Shown here: positions 1-8,232 of the stretch, piece by piece | Position numbering within the stretch: position 1 is the stretch's first letter | Layout: each line of letters opens with the position of its first letter | IMG/VR virus record: IMGVR_UViG_3300038312_000316 | Length of the DNA: 27,756 nt | Source: a virus | Direction: 5' to 3' (one strand) | Translations under genes and position numbers: made by a program | The notes under the pieces: model-generated | Databases searched by the model: none | The model's input: the letters and a program-made list of their open reading frames with translations, nothing else | Told to the model about the DNA's origin: nothing

Positions 1-1664
1 CCGTTGATGTCGGTGTAGAGGCCGTTGTTGTCGAGGTCGCGGGGGATGTTGGTGAGGCCGGGGAATGGTTGCAGGACGGCGACGATGATGTAGCTGGTTT
101 TTGTCTCGGTGTCGCTGTCGTAGGGGTGCGAGGCGGTGAGGGTGACGGTGTGGGCGCCGGCTGTGGTGTAAGTGTGCTGCGGGTTCTGCTCGGTGGAGGT
201 GCCGCCGTCGCCGAAGGTCCAGAGCCATGAGGTGGGGCCGCCGGCGGAGAGGTCGGTGAACTGGACGGTGAGCGGGGCGGTGCCGCCGGTGGGGGTGGCG
301 GAGAATTGGGCGGTGATGGGGCCGTAGACAGTGATGTAGTCGGGTTTTAGTTCGTAGTCGCTGCCGTATTCGTTGGTAGCGGTGAGGTTGACGGTGTAGG
401 TGCCGGGGGCGGTATAGGTGTGCTGCGGGTTCTGGGCGGTTGAGGTGTTGCCGTCCCCGAAGTCCCAGAGCCATGAGGTCGGACTGCCGGTGCTGGTGTC
501 GGTGAACTGGACGGGGAGCGGGGCGAGGCCGGCGGTGGGGGTGGCGGTGAAGGCGGTTGCGGGTGGGGCGGCGGTTTCCTGTTCGCCGGAGAAGGTGAGG
601 GCGGCGGGCGGGGTGGCGCTGTAGGCGCGGACGAGGACGTAATCGATGGTACGGGTGCCTCCGGCTCCGTTGGTATACTCTCCCTGGTGAAAATGGAGGT
701 GCATCGCGTCAGCGGTATAGGTCTGATCCACGACAGATATCAGCTGGTCTGCATCCCGCACGACAGTAATCCTGCCCGATCCTTCCCATGTGATGCGGAT
801 CGTACAGTAGGTGTCGAGTGTGGGATGCAGTTTCACCCCGGGCCACTCACCAATATACGTGAGACCCCCTGCCCCCCTGCGCGCGAGCGATGCCTGATAT
901 TGCCCCTTGACCGCCGGGGTGTCGGTCTGCTGCCCAAAGATGCTGTACCCGTTCCTAAGTGATGCGTGCCACCAACTAGAGGTCCCCCCATTATGGTCCT
1001 CTAATATGGTCTCGCTCCCCCAGCTAGTATCGTGATAATACCCATCCCCCACCTTCTCTCGATACTCGATGCACACGCCTCTCGGGAACGTGGCGGTCGA
1101 GATGACGTTCGCGGAGGAAACCGTATTCGGTGCGCCTGTGAGGCGTAGGTTTCCGATGCCATCATGCTCAGCGATCGCAGAGGCCGAGCCCTTTTTCTCG
1201 ACGATCCACCTTGACAGGTCGAGAGTACCACTTTCGAAGTGATCATGCACGTAATACGTCGCGCCCCCGTCGCTCGTGGTCGCCGCGCTCGGGTTGCCGT
1301 ACCAGACTTGTAGCACCCCGGCAGCGTCCGCCCCCTCCAACCGCACGCAGAACCGGGCGCTGCTGCTGTCGTAATCCGGCCAGAGATAATATGCGAGCTC
1401 CGCCCCGGTGCTGTTGGTGAACCGAACGTCTCCGTAATCCTCCCGGCAGTGCTCCCCGACATAGATGTGCCAGGTCTCCAGCCCGCCGGCGGTCTCGTTG
1501 TACGCGGTGCCGGTCGTGCGGTGGATCACGATGTCCTGCTGGTAGACGTCCTGGTCGCAGGCGGCGTACTCGATCGTCTGATAATACTCGTAGCCGTCGA
1601 GGGCCGAGGCCCCGGCGACGAGCAGGAGGCACCCGAGGAGGAGGGCGAGGGCCGAGCGCCGCAC
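1..1664 (-). CDS. Secreted modular adhesin, version A: signal peptide, DUF2341-like domain, variable beta-rich domain, 2x PKD, dockerin (3' end runs off the window)
   Basis: Hand translation from GTG at 1664 is open to position 1: MRRSALALLLGCLLLVAGASALDGYEYY...DYGDVRFTNSTGAELAYYLWP...QVWYGNP (DUF2341-like), two PKD repeats (TSWLWDFGDG, TSWLWTFGDG), and the dockerin start PRDLDNNGLYTDING. It is absent from the ORF track because its stop lies outside the window. It starts 2 nt after the upstream stop. Confidence 0.9.
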   Translation of the reverse strand, partial: MRRSALALLLGCLLLVAGASALDGYEYYQTIEYAACDQDVYQQDIVIHRTTGTAYNETAGGLETWHIYVGEHCREDYGDVRFTNSTGAELAYYLWPDYDSSSARFCVRLEGADAAGVLQVWYGNPSAATTSDGGATYYVHDHFESGTLDLSRWIVEKKGSASAIAEHDGIGNLRLTGAPNTVSSANVISTATFPRGVCIEYREKVGDGYYHDTSWGSETILEDHNGGTSSWWHASLRNGYSIFGQQTDTPAVKGQYQASLARRGAGGLTYIGEWPGVKLHPTLDTYCTIRITWEGSGRITVVRDADQLISVVDQTYTADAMHLHFHQGEYTNGAGGTRTIDYVLVRAYSATPPAALTFSGEQETAAPPATAFTATPTAGLAPLPVQFTDTSTGSPTSWLWDFGDGNTSTAQNPQHTYTAPGTYTVNLTATNEYGSDYELKPDYITVYGPITAQFSATPTGGTAPLTVQFTDLSAGGPTSWLWTFGDGGTSTEQNPQHTYTTAGAHTVTLTASHPYDSDTETKTSYIIVAVLQPFPGLTNIPRDLDNNGLYTDIN

Positions 1665-1665
1665 G

Positions 1666-2034
1666 TCACTCACTCCCCTTCAGAGACCGGCCGGTGAAGA
1701 ACTGCACCACGGCGACCAGGTAAACAAGCCAAATGGGGCCCTGAAACATCATGGCGACGATCGGATCTATACCGTAGCTGGTGAGGAGGGGGAGGATTGT
1801 CAGGGCGGTTTTGAGCGCCTCGAAGAACACCCCCCCGAGGGTGAACAACACGGTGATCGGGTAGAGGGGCGAGGCCCCGCCCGATGTGGCGCCGGCAGTG
1901 ATTTCTGTCACCTGGGACTCTCCGAGGGCCATGTCGCTGCCGGGGAGCGCGGTGGTGAAGATGCCGAGCGCGTTGACGCCCCCGACGACAAAGCCGAGGG
2001 CGAATAGTGCCAGTGCAATGGTATAAGCTCTCAT
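1666..2034 (-). CDS. Small membrane/virion protein, 122 aa
   Basis: Hydrophobic N- and C-terminal helices; start overlaps the stop of 2031..4583 (ATGA coupling). Confidence 0.85.
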   Translation of the reverse strand: MRAYTIALALFALGFVVGGVNALGIFTTALPGSDMALGESQVTEITAGATSGGASPLYPITVLFTLGGVFFEALKTALTILPLLTSYGIDPIVAMMFQGPIWLVYLVAVVQFFTGRSLKGSE

Positions 2035-4583
2035 GTGTATCCCTCCTCCTTGTATCGGGTGACGATGACACCCATCACCGCGATGGTGCTGACGAGACCG
2101 AGCGAGACCGGGGCGATGAGTCCGAGATCGTCGAGCCAGCCGAAACCCCAGAAGAGCCAGCCGGCGAAGGCGATCACGACCACGCCCCGGGTGGCGCTGG
2201 TCGCGCCGAAGATGCCGCCGAGGAGCATGAGGCCGAACCCGGCGACGTAGATATATAGGCCGTCGGGGAGCGGGCCGAGCGGGACCCGGACGCCTTTGAA
2301 CGCGACGGCGTAGTCTCGGTGGATGGTGCCGAAGTCAGGGTGCTGTGCTTCGAGCCGGACGAAGAACGATTGCCCTTTGTAGACGGAGAGGTCGAAGGTG
2401 TGGGTGACGTTGGCGTCGTTCGCTACGGTGTGTGAGGCGATGACCTCTTCCGGTGCCGAGGAGTCGGTGGTGTTCTGCTGCGTGACCTGGATACTGAGGC
2501 CCGTGGTCTTGCGGGTGGTGTCGTTGTAGTCGATATGGATGTGCCCCGTGTCGCCTTCGGTGCTGGTGGTGACGTTGATATGGATGTCTCGGAGAGCGTC
2601 CCCGGCGTCAGGGAGGAGGGGGCCGCCGGCAGTGGAGATGATGATCGGGTACGTGTCTTCTTTGGGGTAGATTTCTAGCGTCTGGTTGACGACATCGGGC
2701 TTGTAGAGAGAGATGCGGTATTTGACCGCCTCGATCATCATGAAGTTGATCTCCCCGTTGGTGTCGGTGGTGCCGCTCATGAGCTCGCTGTTGATCGGGG
2801 TTGAGGTCATGTTGAGGCCGAGCAGGGCTTCGAGGATGTTGGTGGAGGGGGTTTGCTGGATCCCCTGCGCGGTGATGTTGACGCCGGAGAGAGGGGTACC
2901 TAAGAGGGTTTGGATAGTGAATTTGACGTTGTGCGGGGGATAGTTGGGCATCTCCGGCGGGGGGACGGGTTCGGGTTTGGCAGTCAGGAGGACGGTGGCG
3001 GTGGTGGTGCCGGGCTTGTCGAGGTATGCGGATTGGGTCTGTGGGTAGTAACCGCCGGCGGCTGCGGTGATGGTGTAGGGGCCGTAGTCCCCGGTGAACG
3101 TCGCGGGGTTTGTGGTGCTCTCCTGGCCGTCGCTGAGGGAGATGGTGGCGTTCTGGACGTTTGCGAGCGTGTCGGCGTCCTTGATGGTGACGGTGAGGAG
3201 GTAGTGCCCTTTGAGCGCGAGGTTGTGTTGTGTTGGGGCACTATCTACGGTGACGGGTTCGCTGAGGGCGTCGTGGAGCGGGGCGGAGGCGGAGATATCA
3301 TAAGTGCCGGGCGTCACGTTGTTAAAGAGGTAGAAGCCGGTGCTGCTCGTCGTGGTGCTGCCGTAGCCGTCGAGGGCGACGGTCGCGCCGCTGATCGGCT
3401 GCTGGCTGCCCTGGGTCTGGACGTAGCCGTAGAGCATGGATTTTCCTTCCTCGATCGGTTCGTCGGGAGGGGCGTCGGGCGCCATCCAGAGTACGATCGT
3501 GGCGCCGTCGTCCCCTACTCCGAACAGGATCGGGGAGAGGAGGGTGTAATTATCTGCTGTGGCCGAGGCGATGTACCGCAAGGAGAGGGATTTCTCTAAG
3601 GAGACAGTCCCGGATCCCGTTGTGAGGGTTTGGTTTGTGAACGAGCTTGTATCCCCGTCGAGGATTGAGACTACCGCACCGGGGATTAGGGCACCAGTCT
3701 CCGCTGAACGAACGGAGATGGTGAGAGGGGCGGTGTTGTCGGGTACTCCATATTCGTACTCATATTTTTCCCCGAAGGCGTTTGTGATGGTGACCGATAT
3801 CGGGAAATCAAACCGAGCCACACCAGTATAGAGGTCCGTTGTGCCAGTGGAATTTACGTACTCTCCAGAGGCACCAGATATCACTGTGTTGGAGTTGTAA
3901 GGCTTCCCATCTACAATCCTGTAAACAGACACATCATACAACAAACTCGTTGAATTTGACACGGTGACTTTGTGCTTAAAGGGAGTGACTAGGTTGAGCG
4001 TGTAGTCTCCAGCAAAGCCCCGTCCGGTGCCTGCGCCAGATGTGATGAAAAAACCCATGGGTTTCTCGGCTGAGAGGGTATTATATGGTTTCATCGTCGC
4101 TAGGCCTGGATTCAGCTTCAAACCGTCGAGTGCCGTATCTGCCAGCACGTTGCCAGGGGCGTACAAGCCCACTTGTTGATTACCAGAGAGAGGGGTTGTG
4201 ATCTTCCCGGTCAGTACAATATACCCATACCCGGTAGAGTACCTATAGTATGTCAAAAGACCATTTCCAACAATATTCCCTGACACTTTTAGATCTACAG
4301 TGGTTTGATTCGCATTTAGTGTGGCGTTATTTGTGTATATTTGTCCGAAGTAAACAATGCTAAAATCTGTATCAACGTAGTTTTCAGCCGCGTATATGCC
4401 AATGGCGTTAGGGCGTGGGGAAGTACTAGATCCCGATGCGGTGACGGCGTAATTTGAGGATTGTACAAATGTGTCGTCGATGACCTCTTCCAGGACCGTT
4501 TGCCCCGCCACAGGGCTGATCGCAAGACAAAGGAGGCAGATCACCACGAATATTTTGAGGGTTTTGAAAGTTCGGGGTATCAT
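2031..4583 (-). CDS. 850-aa membrane-anchored adhesin/spike-like protein: signal peptide, carboxypeptidase-regulatory-like/PEGA beta-sandwich repeats, C-terminal multi-TM anchor
   Basis: Long ORF with GGAGG RBS. Contains LYGYVQ..PISGATVALDG..TTTSSTGFYLFNNVTPGTYDISAS (CarboxypepD_reg-like). About 3 hydrophobic segments at the C-terminus. The layout resembles fusellovirus VP4-type proteins (inference). Confidence 0.85.
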   Translation of the reverse strand: MIPRTFKTLKIFVVICLLCLAISPVAGQTVLEEVIDDTFVQSSNYAVTASGSSTSPRPNAIGIYAAENYVDTDFSIVYFGQIYTNNATLNANQTTVDLKVSGNIVGNGLLTYYRYSTGYGYIVLTGKITTPLSGNQQVGLYAPGNVLADTALDGLKLNPGLATMKPYNTLSAEKPMGFFITSGAGTGRGFAGDYTLNLVTPFKHKVTVSNSTSLLYDVSVYRIVDGKPYNSNTVISGASGEYVNSTGTTDLYTGVARFDFPISVTITNAFGEKYEYEYGVPDNTAPLTISVRSAETGALIPGAVVSILDGDTSSFTNQTLTTGSGTVSLEKSLSLRYIASATADNYTLLSPILFGVGDDGATIVLWMAPDAPPDEPIEEGKSMLYGYVQTQGSQQPISGATVALDGYGSTTTSSTGFYLFNNVTPGTYDISASAPLHDALSEPVTVDSAPTQHNLALKGHYLLTVTIKDADTLANVQNATISLSDGQESTTNPATFTGDYGPYTITAAAGGYYPQTQSAYLDKPGTTTATVLLTAKPEPVPPPEMPNYPPHNVKFTIQTLLGTPLSGVNITAQGIQQTPSTNILEALLGLNMTSTPINSELMSGTTDTNGEINFMMIEAVKYRISLYKPDVVNQTLEIYPKEDTYPIIISTAGGPLLPDAGDALRDIHINVTTSTEGDTGHIHIDYNDTTRKTTGLSIQVTQQNTTDSSAPEEVIASHTVANDANVTHTFDLSVYKGQSFFVRLEAQHPDFGTIHRDYAVAFKGVRVPLGPLPDGLYIYVAGFGLMLLGGIFGATSATRGVVVIAFAGWLFWGFGWLDDLGLIAPVSLGLVSTIAVMGVIVTRYKEEGYT

Positions 4584-4701
4584 TATACCTCCCTCCGATA
4601 CCCCCCCTTGGCGATCACGCTCAGTAAGGGGTGCCGCCGGCGGGCGGGGCGACGCGGGAGGGGGAGCCCGGGCGCGAGGGAGCAGGGGGCGGGGGGGCGG
4701 G

Positions 4702-5043
4702 TCACTCTAATCCCCCCATAAGTCGGTTGTACCTGATTTTCCGAATCACTACGAGGTAGACGTACGCGAACGCCGCGATGACCGAGAGCGCGATGAGGAG
4801 CCAGAGCCACTTGAAGAGCGGCATGACGGTCGAGACGAGCGGGCTGTCGATGGTGAGGACCCAGACCGCGAGCCAGTCCCAGAAGGGGCCGATGCAGACG
4901 ACGATGCCGGCCAGGGCGAGCAGGGTGACGATGAGGTACAGGATCGCGTCGAGGATCGAGGGGCCGCCGTCAAGTATGTTATCGAGGGCGTGCTGCGCGG
5001 CAGGCACATCTGCCGCCAGCGGGGTGCTGTGCGCGCACATCAT
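4702..5043 (-). CDS. Two-TM helical-hairpin membrane protein (capsid-like)
   Basis: Two long hydrophobic helices and a basic C-tail (RKIRYNR). A TATA-like TTATAT lies upstream on the minus strand (~5070-5080). Start codon uncertain. Confidence 0.75.
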   Translation of the reverse strand: MMCAHSTPLAADVPAAQHALDNILDGGPSILDAILYLIVTLLALAGIVVCIGPFWDWLAVWVLTIDSPLVSTVMPLFKWLWLLIALSVIAAFAYVYLVVIRKIRYNRLMGGLE

Positions 5044-5504
5044 ATGATGTGGTTTGCGTGCTCCGGGGAGATATAAGTTTCGAGAGCCGAGGCTCGTTGA
5101 GGTAGACCGTTGCGCCTTTTGGTCCGCTGTGAGGGGCAGGATTTGGTTGTCCTGTGTATGATGAACAATTTACGATTTGCGGCTGCCCCACCCGCAAGTA
5201 TGGGGTGCGCGGAAGAGAGAGAAAAGGGTTTCTGTCCGGCGTGAAGGGATGTGGGGCAGGAGGTCAAAGAGGTAGATCGAGACCTGTCTGTCGTCTGCCC
5301 CGGCCGACAACTGAATCTATGGGAGGCAAGGCATAAAAACATTGCCTGTGGGGAATCGTTCCCTCGCGCGGCGTTTTGTGAATAGAGGTTCCCTGAGGGG
5401 TCTGTGCGCGGGGATCTTGTTTCTCCGGCGTCGGACAGCGTAAGATATTTATATTTAGGTGGAGATTTGGGAGTATCTCTGAGTAGTCAGAGAGGTGGAT
5501 CGAA

Positions 5505-5861
5505 ATGCAGAATGATGATGCGGTCTCGCCGGTCCTTATGAGCCCTAGAACCCTTCTTTTTTGTTTCCTCCTGCTCACTGGACTTCTGGCGGCCGACATC
5601 CTAACTACAGTGTGGTTCTGGTCCCTGGGGATGCCGGAGCTCAATCCCGCGATCGCCCCGATCGCCGGGGATCCCCTGGCACAGGTGCAGTATAAGGTCC
5701 CGTTCGTCGTGGCCCTGCTCGTCGGGGTCCTGGTGCTGTCGCGGGGGTGCGAGCGCCTGCGGCCGGGGAGCGGTTGGGGTCCGTGGGCTGTGGTGCTGCT
5801 GATGTTCGCAGTGCCGCCGATCTGGAATCTCGTGCATATCGCGGCACATCATTGGATGTGA
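5505..5861 (+). CDS. DUF5658-like small membrane protein
   Basis: ADILTT...G..ELNP motif and several TM segments; GAGG RBS upstream. Confidence 0.7.
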   Translation: MQNDDAVSPVLMSPRTLLFCFLLLTGLLAADILTTVWFWSLGMPELNPAIAPIAGDPLAQVQYKVPFVVALLVGVLVLSRGCERLRPGSGWGPWAVVLLMFAVPPIWNLVHIAAHHWM

Positions 5862-6206
5862 GCGTACAGTAGTACTGGTAATTTCTCATTACTCTGTTTT
5901 ACTTTCGCGGTGCGCGTGGAGGGGATTTATCTGCTCTCCGTAGAGATGGAGTATTGTCGGCACTTGTGTGCTCCTGCACGAGTGCGAGCCGGGAGAGCTG
6001 ATCCTGTGTGTCGAGCAACACCTCTGTCCTCCCCGACTTCAAGACAGTATATTTTTTTGAGTGATCGGATGATTTTCGAGGGGTCGGGGGTCATTTCTGA
6101 TCGGTTTTGAGGGGTTTTTGCCAGGTTTTAGGGTGCGGCACCTCCGTCTGACGACATATTTTTGATGAGGATAGTGTGATTTGGTAAAACATACACCCGG
6201 AGATAG

Positions 6207-6461
6207 TCTTAAAACTGATATCCATCCATCCATCCATCCATCCATCCATCCATCCATCCATCTAGGGGGAGGAGCCCGGAGCATTCTCCGATTTTCTTCC
6301 GATGTAAAACCGTTGAAGATACTTATTTATATTATTAATTTCATACCCCTACAACATGGCATTTTTCATGCGTTCCATGGCATTTTCATGCGTTCCGGAT
6401 GAGGGTCTAGAGAAATAGTGTGATGGATGGATGGATGGATGGATGGATATCAGTTTTAAGA
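6207..6461. repeat. Inverted repeat pair TCTTAAAACTGATA(TCCA)n flanking an AT-rich core and a 21/20-bp tandem repeat; candidate replication origin
   Basis: Left arm 6207-6262 has ~10.5 TCCA units. Right arm 6422-6461 is the exact reverse complement of 6207-6246. ATGGCATTTT(T)CATGCGTTCC occurs twice at 6356-6396. AT-rich stretch at ~6320-6345. Confidence 0.9.
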
Positions 6462-6463
6462 AA

Positions 6464-6886
6464 TTATGAGAGATTCGTGTTACCGAACTCTCTCATTTTC
6501 CGATCCAAAAACTCGATAATGTGTGTCGGGTGTGCCTGTTTTCCTATATGTTCCCTCAAAAACCTCGAAAAAGCAGGCACAAGATACCTAACATCCTGTC
6601 CATCGTTAAAACAGTCCAATAATTCGTCCTTTAGGAAAGGGGCGTATGCGTCATACGTAATTTCGAAGTCTGCCGGTGTGGCGAAGTCGAGGATGTGATC
6701 TTCGTTCCTCTCTTCGTCAACATCCTCTACCTGGACCTGTTGTTTTGTCATCAGGTCATTGATGAGCTTCCGGATGACGGCCGATCGACCGTATGGGGAG
6801 AGTTGGTCGAGGAACTCAATTTGCCTCACCGTGAGCTGTACATTAATCCGGACCAAGTGGTCTTCGGGGTTTTTCCGATATACCAT
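6464..6886 (-). CDS. 140-aa protein with N-terminal ribbon-helix-helix (CopG-like) DNA-binding domain
   Basis: VRINVQLTVRQIEFLDQL...RSAVIRKLINDL fits the RHH strand-helix-helix pattern. Confidence 0.75.
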   Translation of the reverse strand: MVYRKNPEDHLVRINVQLTVRQIEFLDQLSPYGRSAVIRKLINDLMTKQQVQVEDVDEERNEDHILDFATPADFEITYDAYAPFLKDELLDCFNDGQDVRYLVPAFSRFLREHIGKQAHPTHIIEFLDRKMREFGNTNLS

Positions 6887-6939
6887 AATATCACACGCTC
6901 TGTTTTTGCAGCCTGGAACTGCATCATGTTCAACACTCG

Positions 6940-7125
6940 TTACTGCAGGAAGGCATCCAGGTCAGAGCTCCGGATCCTCCAGAGCCTGCCCACACGGATC
7001 CCTTTCATCTTTCCGCTCTGCAACCACTTGTAAACCACCTCTCGGTTTACCCGCAGTCGCTCGGCTACTTCTGATGGGGTCAACAAACGGTCTTCTCCCA
7101 TGCAAGGAACTATGATGGATATCAT
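6940..7125 (-). CDS. Excisionase-like (HTH_17/MerR-like) DNA-binding protein
   Basis: LLTPSEVAERLRV...VYKWLQSGKMKGIRVGRLWRI..SDLDAFL is the typical xis-like pattern. Start may be ATG 7101. Confidence 0.85.
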   Translation of the reverse strand: MISIIVPCMGEDRLLTPSEVAERLRVNREVVYKWLQSGKMKGIRVGRLWRIRSSDLDAFLQ

Positions 7126-7198
7126 ATTTAATCCTATCTAACCAATTTAAACCAATTCAATTGGAAATACTTATATAAGACCTCTCCTAGAACAGTAT
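7126..7198. promoter_or_regulatory. Divergent AT-rich promoter region with palindrome CCAATT-C-AATTGG (7152-7164) and bidirectional TATA box
   Basis: CTTATATAAG at ~7170-7179 lies between divergently transcribed gene sets. Confidence 0.7.
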
Positions 7199-7387
7199 AT
7201 GTCAAAAAGAAGCAGGCAGGGGTTCCAGGTCCCAGCCTGCGGAGCGTGTGAAATTATGTCGAGCAACAATTTCCCCGAAAACGGGGCCAAGACCAATAGG
7301 ACTTCCCAGTATTTTAGCCTGTTGGTTCAGAATGAGGCCCAGAATAGACCGCAGAACGAAGACCAGATCCGGGGGATCCGGGCATGA
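7199..7387 (+). CDS. Hypothetical protein, 62 aa
   Basis: First ORF after the TATA box; stop overlaps the next ATG. Confidence 0.5.
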   Translation: MSKRSRQGFQVPACGACEIMSSNNFPENGAKTNRTSQYFSLLVQNEAQNRPQNEDQIRGIRA

Positions 7388-7551
7388 ACTACCTCTGCCC
7401 CGTCTGCAAGCGCCCGCTGCGGAAAATCCGCACCGAGGAAAACGCCTTCTTCACCGAGGAGGTCTGGAACTGCTCCGCCTGCATGAAGAACTACTACAAG
7501 CGGCGGAACACCTGGATCGGAACCCGGCCGATCTTCTCGGGGGTGGACTAA
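7384..7551 (+). CDS. Zn-ribbon protein, 55 aa
   Basis: Hand translation MNYLCPVCKRPL...WNCSAC...; overlaps neighbours at both ends; not in the ORF track. Confidence 0.75.
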   Translation: MNYLCPVCKRPLRKIRTEENAFFTEEVWNCSACMKNYYKRRNTWIGTRPIFSGVD

Positions 7552-7748
7552 TGTTACCCTCACCGACCGCCCGGGTCTCCCGGCCCCGCTTCATGGCGGC
7601 TCGCCGGTGGGCCACCAGGCACCCCTGCGACTGCGGGGGATACTTCGCGCGGGAGACTTTCTTCCAGGCGTCCCGGATAATACAGTACACCTGCAACCGC
7701 TGCGGGCAAACAATCCTCGTCCCCTACGAGGACGCGGGGGTGCTCTGA
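7551..7748 (+). CDS. Zn-finger protein, 65 aa
   Basis: CDCGG...YTCNRCG; TAATG coupling to the previous gene. Confidence 0.7.
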   Translation: MLPSPTARVSRPRFMAARRWATRHPCDCGGYFARETFFQASRIIQYTCNRCGQTILVPYEDAGVL

Positions 7749-7915
7749 TGAGCTCGAAAACATCCCGGATCGCGGACCTGCACCGAGCCCCCACCTCCGT
7801 TCATCTCCCCGCCTGCCCGAACGGGTGCGGGGAAATGCTGGCCCTTGACGACGGCTGGCAATGCCCCGTGTGCAACCGTTTCAAAGGATACCGCAGGGGG
7901 GAGCGGCACCCATGA
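7748..7915 (+). CDS. Zn-ribbon protein, 55 aa
   Basis: CPNGCG...WQCPVC; TGATG coupling. Confidence 0.7.
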   Translation: MSSKTSRIADLHRAPTSVHLPACPNGCGEMLALDDGWQCPVCNRFKGYRRGERHP

Positions 7916-8232
7916 GCGGCTTATCTCAATTAATATGGGCGCACGAGGACCACCTGCTCGCGATCTATCGCCGCACAGGCGATACCTCGTTCACCCACGC
8001 CCAGATCGCAGACCTCATCCCGTGCGGGGTAATGCTCCGTTACACCGTCCCGGGCATATTCATGCCCGCCCGGGACGCAAAAGGCAACCCCATCAAAGCA
8101 GGCTCCCGGTCCCGGGCGACCGTCTGGCGCTGGCACCCCCGCGCCGCCGAGCTGTGCCGCCAGGCAATCGAGCGTGATCACCGGCGGGAAAACCTCGCCG
8201 CCGGGCTCACAGGGGGGCAGGAATGTGCATGA
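7912..8232 (+). CDS. Hypothetical protein, possibly winged-helix, 106 aa
   Basis: ATGA coupling; MSGLSQLIWAHEDHLLAIY...FTHAQIADL. Confidence 0.65.
   Translation: MSGLSQLIWAHEDHLLAIYRRTGDTSFTHAQIADLIPCGVMLRYTVPGIFMPARDAKGNPIKAGSRSRATVWRWHPRAAELCRQAIERDHRRENLAAGLTGGQECA

Noticed and set aside
1-632. Diversity-generating retroelement as the cause of the adhesin variation (the changes at 28-31 are A-to-N on the coding strand)
   Set aside because: No reverse transcriptase is present. Other differences are not adenine-restricted or directional, and the central cassettes are non-homologous rather than point-mutated.
2910-3831. Long plus-strand ORFs opposite the 850-aa gene, and similar ones at 13062..13844, 13814..14530, 19556..20449, 21086..21883, 22755..23480 and 26431..27171
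   Set aside because: These are antisense or frame shadows of GC-rich genes, with no RBS, no motifs and biased composition.
5040-5500. ORFs 5040..5342, 5154..5336 and 5264..5644
   Set aside because: The region holds divergent promoter-like AT tracts, and the translations lack coding-like features or RBS. It is treated as mostly intergenic, though a small gene cannot be excluded.
7525-7535. Self-target of the GGY-NN guide (CGgCCgATcTT)
   Set aside because: Only 4 of 12 dinucleotides match, which is expected by chance.
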